Positions 3,976-6,033 of a stretch of DNA of 6,033 nt are shown here, piece by piece. The position numbers and the translations under genes are program-made. Positions within the stretch are counted from its first letter, which is position 1. Each line of letters opens with the position of its first letter. Where the stretch lies: the IMG/VR virus record IMGVR_UViG_3300045988_017120, positions 1 through 6,033 of that record. The stretch is one strand, 5' to 3'. Source of the DNA: a virus. Under the pieces are notes generated by a model that was not told the origin of the DNA, ran no database searches, and saw only the letters and a program-made list of their open reading frames with translations.

Positions 3976-5655
3976 ATGAAATTTTCTCCTGATTTACTGA
4001 AAGCGACTGATCATTGTCAGCATCGTTCGTTTATTACTAATCGTTACACTGGTGCCCGTATTGCTGTAGATTGTGGTCAATGCGATTATTGTATCCATAA
4101 GCGTGCTAAAAAAGCGTCTATGCGTGTGAAGACCGCTGGAAGTGCTTTTAAGTATTCTTATTTTGTAACTCTTACGTATGATAACGAGCATATTCCTCTT
4201 ATGAACTGTAAGGTTCTCCATAGTGAATATGAGGACGTCGTAGGTATTTCAGGAGATATTCATTTTGGTGATGAATACCATTCTTATATCCCCGTTTCTG
4301 AGTATCAATGTGATGATAACTCCATGTTGCATCATATATTCTTCGAGCAGGTTCAAGGCACTGTGCCGTATGACCGTGAAATTAAGGAATATGTACCTGT
4401 TAGGGATAATTGGTTTCTTAGTATGGATGCTATTCGTAGTTTTATCCATAAAACGCAAGCCGTTGACAAGACGGACTATCCCGCTTCTACGCAGTACGGT
4501 CGTGATAATCTTATTCCCTTTCTGAATTATGTTGATGTTCAGAATTATATTAAACGTTTACGTAAACATTTATTTCAACAATTAGGAACATATGAAACGT
4601 TACACTTCTACGCTGTGGGTGAGTACGGACCCGTACATTTCCGCCCGCATTATCATCTCTTATTATTCACAAACTCGGAGAAGGTCTCTGAGGTTTTACG
4701 ATACTGTCACGATAAGAGTTGGAAACTCGGTCGTTCAGATTTCCAACGTGCCGCTGGGGGCGCTGCTTCGTACGTTGCGAGTTACGTTAACAGCCTTAGC
4801 GCTGCTCCCCTCTTATATCGTTCATGCCGCGCGTTTAGACCCAAGTCGCGAGCATCTGTCGGATTCTTTGAAAAAGGTTGTGATTTCGTGGAAGACGAAG
4901 ACCCTTATGCGCAAATTGAGAAAAAAATCGATTCTGTCGTTAACGGACGAGTCTATAACTTCAATGGTGTCAGTGTTCGGTCAACTCCACCCATGTCGTA
5001 TATCCGTACCTTATTACCCCGATTCTCGTCTGCTCGCAATGACGATAGTGTTGCGATTGCTCGAATTCTTCTCGCTGTACACCGAACGCCGCAAAGAATT
5101 GCAAGATTCGGATTTGTTGACTACAAACAGGACTCAATCTTAAGTCTTGTTCGTTCTTATTATCAATATCTTAAAGTCAATTCTATTCTTACTGATGATG
5201 ACAAGATTATATTACATGCTTCTCGGTGTCTTACTAGGTTCTGTAACAGTTCTAGCGATGTCGATATTGAATCTTATATTAATAAGTTATATCGGTTGTT
5301 CTTATATGTCTATAAATTCTTCCGTAACTGGTATTTGCCTCTCTTCGGTTCTGATGTTAGTGCTTACTCCGGTCGTATTATGTTTATCATTAAAACAGGT
5401 ATAGAGTATGAAAAGGAAAAAGATTATGAAAGTCTACGAAATGCATTCAGCCTACGCTCCGTTAACCCGGACATATCGGATTGTATGTTTGCGTTGCCTG
5501 CGTACGGACAGGAGAGTGATGTCTTGCAGGCCGTATCAGGTGAAACGGTTCAGCTTCTTGAACAACTCCGGTTTCGTAGTTCGACATTCTGTCGTGATAT
5601 GATTAAGCATAAGAAGCTTAATGATGCTAATAATATATTTAATCGTATGGTTTAA
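3976..5655 (+). CDS. VP4: Rolling-circle replication initiation protein (HUH endonuclease; phiX174 A / gokushovirus VP4 homologue).
   Basis: Four elements support the call. An N-terminal Cys cluster CGQCDYC lies at 4072-4092. Motif I FVTLTYD lies at 4162-4182 (aa 63-69). The HUH motif HYHLLLF lies at 4648-4668 (aa 225-231), preceded by EYGPVHFRP. The twin-tyrosine motif YVASYVNS has Y266 at 4771-4773 and Y270 at 4783-4785, as in the phiX174 A active site. Confidence 0.95.
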   Translation: MKFSPDLLKATDHCQHRSFITNRYTGARIAVDCGQCDYCIHKRAKKASMRVKTAGSAFKYSYFVTLTYDNEHIPLMNCKVLHSEYEDVVGISGDIHFGDEYHSYIPVSEYQCDDNSMLHHIFFEQVQGTVPYDREIKEYVPVRDNWFLSMDAIRSFIHKTQAVDKTDYPASTQYGRDNLIPFLNYVDVQNYIKRLRKHLFQQLGTYETLHFYAVGEYGPVHFRPHYHLLLFTNSEKVSEVLRYCHDKSWKLGRSDFQRAAGGAASYVASYVNSLSAAPLLYRSCRAFRPKSRASVGFFEKGCDFVEDEDPYAQIEKKIDSVVNGRVYNFNGVSVRSTPPMSYIRTLLPRFSSARNDDSVAIARILLAVHRTPQRIARFGFVDYKQDSILSLVRSYYQYLKVNSILTDDDKIILHASRCLTRFCNSSSDVDIESYINKLYRLFLYVYKFFRNWYLPLFGSDVSAYSGRIMFIIKTGIEYEKEKDYESLRNAFSLRSVNPDISDCMFALPAYGQESDVLQAVSGETVQLLEQLRFRSSTFCRDMIKHKKLNDANNIFNRMV

Positions 5656-5672
5656 TTTTAATTTTATTGATT

Positions 5673-6033
5673 ATGAGTGATTTTAGTCCTTTAGACCGGG
5701 CGAAAATTTCTGTCCATCGGTCTTCTTTCGACTTAAGTTCGAAAAAATTGTTTACCGCCAAAGTTGGTGAGATTCTTCCGTGTTATTGGCAGATTGCTAT
5801 TCCCGATACTAAGTATCGTATCTCTTCGGATTGGTTTACCCGTACCGTTCCGGTTAATACGGCTGCTTATACCCGTATCAAGGAATATTATGATTTCTAC
5901 GCTGTGCCGTTACGCCTGATTTCTCGCGCTCTTCCGCAAGCATTTACCCAGATGATGGATTACATGACTAGCGCGTCTAGTTCTACTGAGAATACGTCTA
6001 TGCTTACTTCTGTTCCCAATGTTTCTCAACAGA
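5673..6033 (+). CDS. VP1: Major capsid protein, 5' part. It continues at position 1 after the overlap is removed. The joined gene is 5673-5978 plus 1-1431, which is 1,737 nt and 578 aa.
   Basis: The ATG at 5673 lies 17 nt after the Rep stop. The frame is open to the window end and is missing from the ORF track only because it has no stop. Translation is MSDFSPLDRAKISVHRSSFDLSSKKLFTAKVGEILPCYWQIAIPDTKYRISSDWFTRTVPVNTAAYTRIKEYYDFYAVPLRLISRALPQAF... The FDLS...G.L.P...R..P...Y.FYAVP.R pattern is the conserved N-terminal signature of Microviridae F/VP1 capsid proteins, as I recall it. Position 6033 is codon position 1, matching position 55 in the frame of ORF 22-1431. Confidence 0.93.
   Translation, partial: MSDFSPLDRAKISVHRSSFDLSSKKLFTAKVGEILPCYWQIAIPDTKYRISSDWFTRTVPVNTAAYTRIKEYYDFYAVPLRLISRALPQAFTQMMDYMTSASSSTENTSMLTSVPNVSQQ
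5979..6033. repeat. Right copy of the 55-nt terminal direct repeat (circular-genome overlap).
   Basis: Identical to 1-55. The 5,978-nt offset gives the unit genome length. Confidence 0.97.

Larger units (their letters stand above)
1..5978 (+). other. One complete unit of a circular Microviridae genome (5,978 nt).
   Basis: The terminal redundancy is combined with the full microvirus core gene set (capsid, pilot protein, HUH Rep). All genes are on one strand and intergenic space is minimal. Confidence 0.9.

Noticed and set aside
673-4458. Minus-strand ORFs (673-972, 985-1386, 1914-2180, 2811-3002, 3701-3895, 3994-4221, 4249-4458).
   Set aside because: All are antisense to well-supported genes and have low-complexity Ile/Asn/Arg/Ser-rich translations with no recognisable motif. 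Known Microviridae transcribe only one strand.
4592-5602. A nearly open +1 frame across 1 kb of Rep (183-aa, 85-aa and 64-aa ORFs in one frame), considered as possible overlapping genes like phiX174 A*/B/K. The other +1 ORFs are 1058-1252, 1939-2121, 2335-2574, 2770-2988 and 4265-4525.
   Set aside because: Every +-strand alternative ORF in the track lies in the +1 frame of a confident gene and is Leu/Ile/Phe/Val-rich. T- or C-rich third codon positions remove stops from the +1 frame and place T at its second codon position. Openness and hydrophobicity are therefore expected by-products. Only comparative synonymous-site analysis could rescue any of them.

Overview
This window holds one complete, circularly permuted Microviridae (small ssDNA phage) genome. 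Positions 1-55 are repeated exactly at 5979-6033, so the unit genome is 5,978 nt. The major capsid gene starts at 5673, runs off the right end and continues in phase from position 1 to 1431.

All supported genes are on the + strand and tightly packed, with three ATGA stop/start overlaps. In order they are:
- capsid VP1/F (578 aa when joined)
- a 147-aa acidic protein (possible scaffold)
- a 371-aa VP2/H-type pilot protein
- the only long non-coding stretch (about 3000-3400)
- a 64-aa ORF
- a putative 27-aa transmembrane peptide
- a 102-aa M15-family (cell-wall) peptidase
- a 559-aa HUH rolling-circle Rep (VP4/A-like)

No start codon has a Shine-Dalgarno sequence. The non-coding region carries a Bacteroidota-type promoter (TTTG, 19 nt, TAnnTTTG). 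Together with the ~6 kb genome and large Rep, this suggests a Bacteroidota-infecting, Alpavirinae-like microvirus; that is inference, not a database result.

The regions most worth a second look:
1. A GC-rich, hairpin-dense ~300-nt non-coding island (3001-3300) that differs from the rest of the genome.
2. A translationally coupled TM-peptide plus M15 peptidase pair that looks like a holin/endolysin-style lysis cassette. This is unusual for a family whose studied lysis mechanism is a single-gene amurin.
3. An exact 11-nt match to the phiX174 (+) origin core inside the VP2 gene.
4. Two candidate unannotated small ORFs.

No tRNA, rRNA, CRISPR array, integrase or transposase was seen.
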